A stretch of 44,078 nt of DNA from a virus (taxonomy: Duplodnaviria > Caudoviricetes), in IMG/VR virus record IMGVR_UViG_3300030095_005636, positions 1 to 44,078 of that record; one strand, written 5' to 3'. Positions 43,625-44,078 of this stretch are shown piece by piece. The translations under genes were made by a program, and so were the position numbers. Position 1 is the stretch's first letter, and every line of letters starts with the position of its first letter. The notes beneath the pieces are model-generated. The model made no database searches, was not told where the DNA came from, and saw only the letters and a list, made by a program, of their open reading frames with translations.

Positions 43625-44078
43625 ATGGGTTTACAATTACAAGTCAAAACTTTTGTACCTGTAGCATCTTCCACTACGGCATTGGGGGTGGCTCAGACTG
43701 TATCAGGCGCGGCTAATTTCACCCTTACTTCTGCTGCAACAAGTGGCACTTATGCAAACGCTAATACTGCTCCAAAAGTATCCTTTACATCTAGTGGTAA
43801 TATATCTGGTGTAAATTTTACTGTAACGGGCACAGATGTTAATGGAGATGCACAAAGTGAAGTTATAGCAGGACCAAATGCTACTACTGTGTTTACTACT
43901 TTGTTTTACAAAACAGTAAGTCAAGTAGCCACGGGGGCAAGTGTTGGAACTAATACTTCTATAGGTCACTCGAATCATGTGACAGGAGTGATTTTTGCCG
44001 GTAGAACGAGAGTCAAAGGAATGCAGATTACTACAGGTGGAACTATTGACACTATTGCATTTAAAAATACTTCACCAG
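43625..44078 (+). CDS. Thr/Gly-rich virion structural protein (partial, runs off the right edge)
   Basis: AGGAG RBS; open frame MGLQLQVKTF...FTVTGTDVNGDAQSEVIAGPNA...GRTRVKG to the end of the window. Confidence 0.8.
   Translation, partial: MGLQLQVKTFVPVASSTTALGVAQTVSGAANFTLTSAATSGTYANANTAPKVSFTSSGNISGVNFTVTGTDVNGDAQSEVIAGPNATTVFTTLFYKTVSQVATGASVGTNTSIGHSNHVTGVIFAGRTRVKGMQITTGGTIDTIAFKNTSP

Noticed and set aside
1-44078. Prophage, integrase, tRNA, reverse transcriptase/DGR or recoded genetic code
   Set aside because: No recombinase, cloverleaf, RT motif or host flanking genes were recognised, and core genes translate full-length in the standard code.

Overview
This AT-rich window is a large part of a tailed dsDNA phage genome with podovirus-like architecture. 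Its gene content resembles marine alphaproteobacterial (pelagiphage-type, HTVC023P-like) phages; this assignment is an inference from gene order and protein families. From left to right it contains: two glycosyltransferases; a block of large internal-virion/DNA-ejection proteins (1.9-10 kb); small membrane and basic proteins and a 2OG-Fe(II) oxygenase; a replication module (PD-(D/E)xK exonuclease, SNF2 helicase, SSB-like protein, prim-pol, UvrD-like helicase, DUF3310 kinase, C5 methyltransferase, family A DNA polymerase); small regulatory, zinc-finger and HNH genes; terminase small subunit; a 6.4-kb early/accessory island of small genes behind repeated promoter-leader cassettes; then terminase large subunit, portal, holin, GroES, scaffold, major capsid and head-associated genes. 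I recognised no integrase, tRNA, CRISPR array, endolysin or tail-tube genes. The most notable items not in the ORF track or not explained by it are: a stand-alone PqqA precursor peptide gene in the head module; a near-consensus bacterial parS site in a palindrome-rich spacer before terL, with no phage ParB; a C5 methyltransferase split over two nested reading frames; a shared 64-aa leader domain on two ejection proteins; strand-polarised AATCATA arrays across the terS-terL region; and a pseudoknotted RNA element downstream of the major capsid gene.
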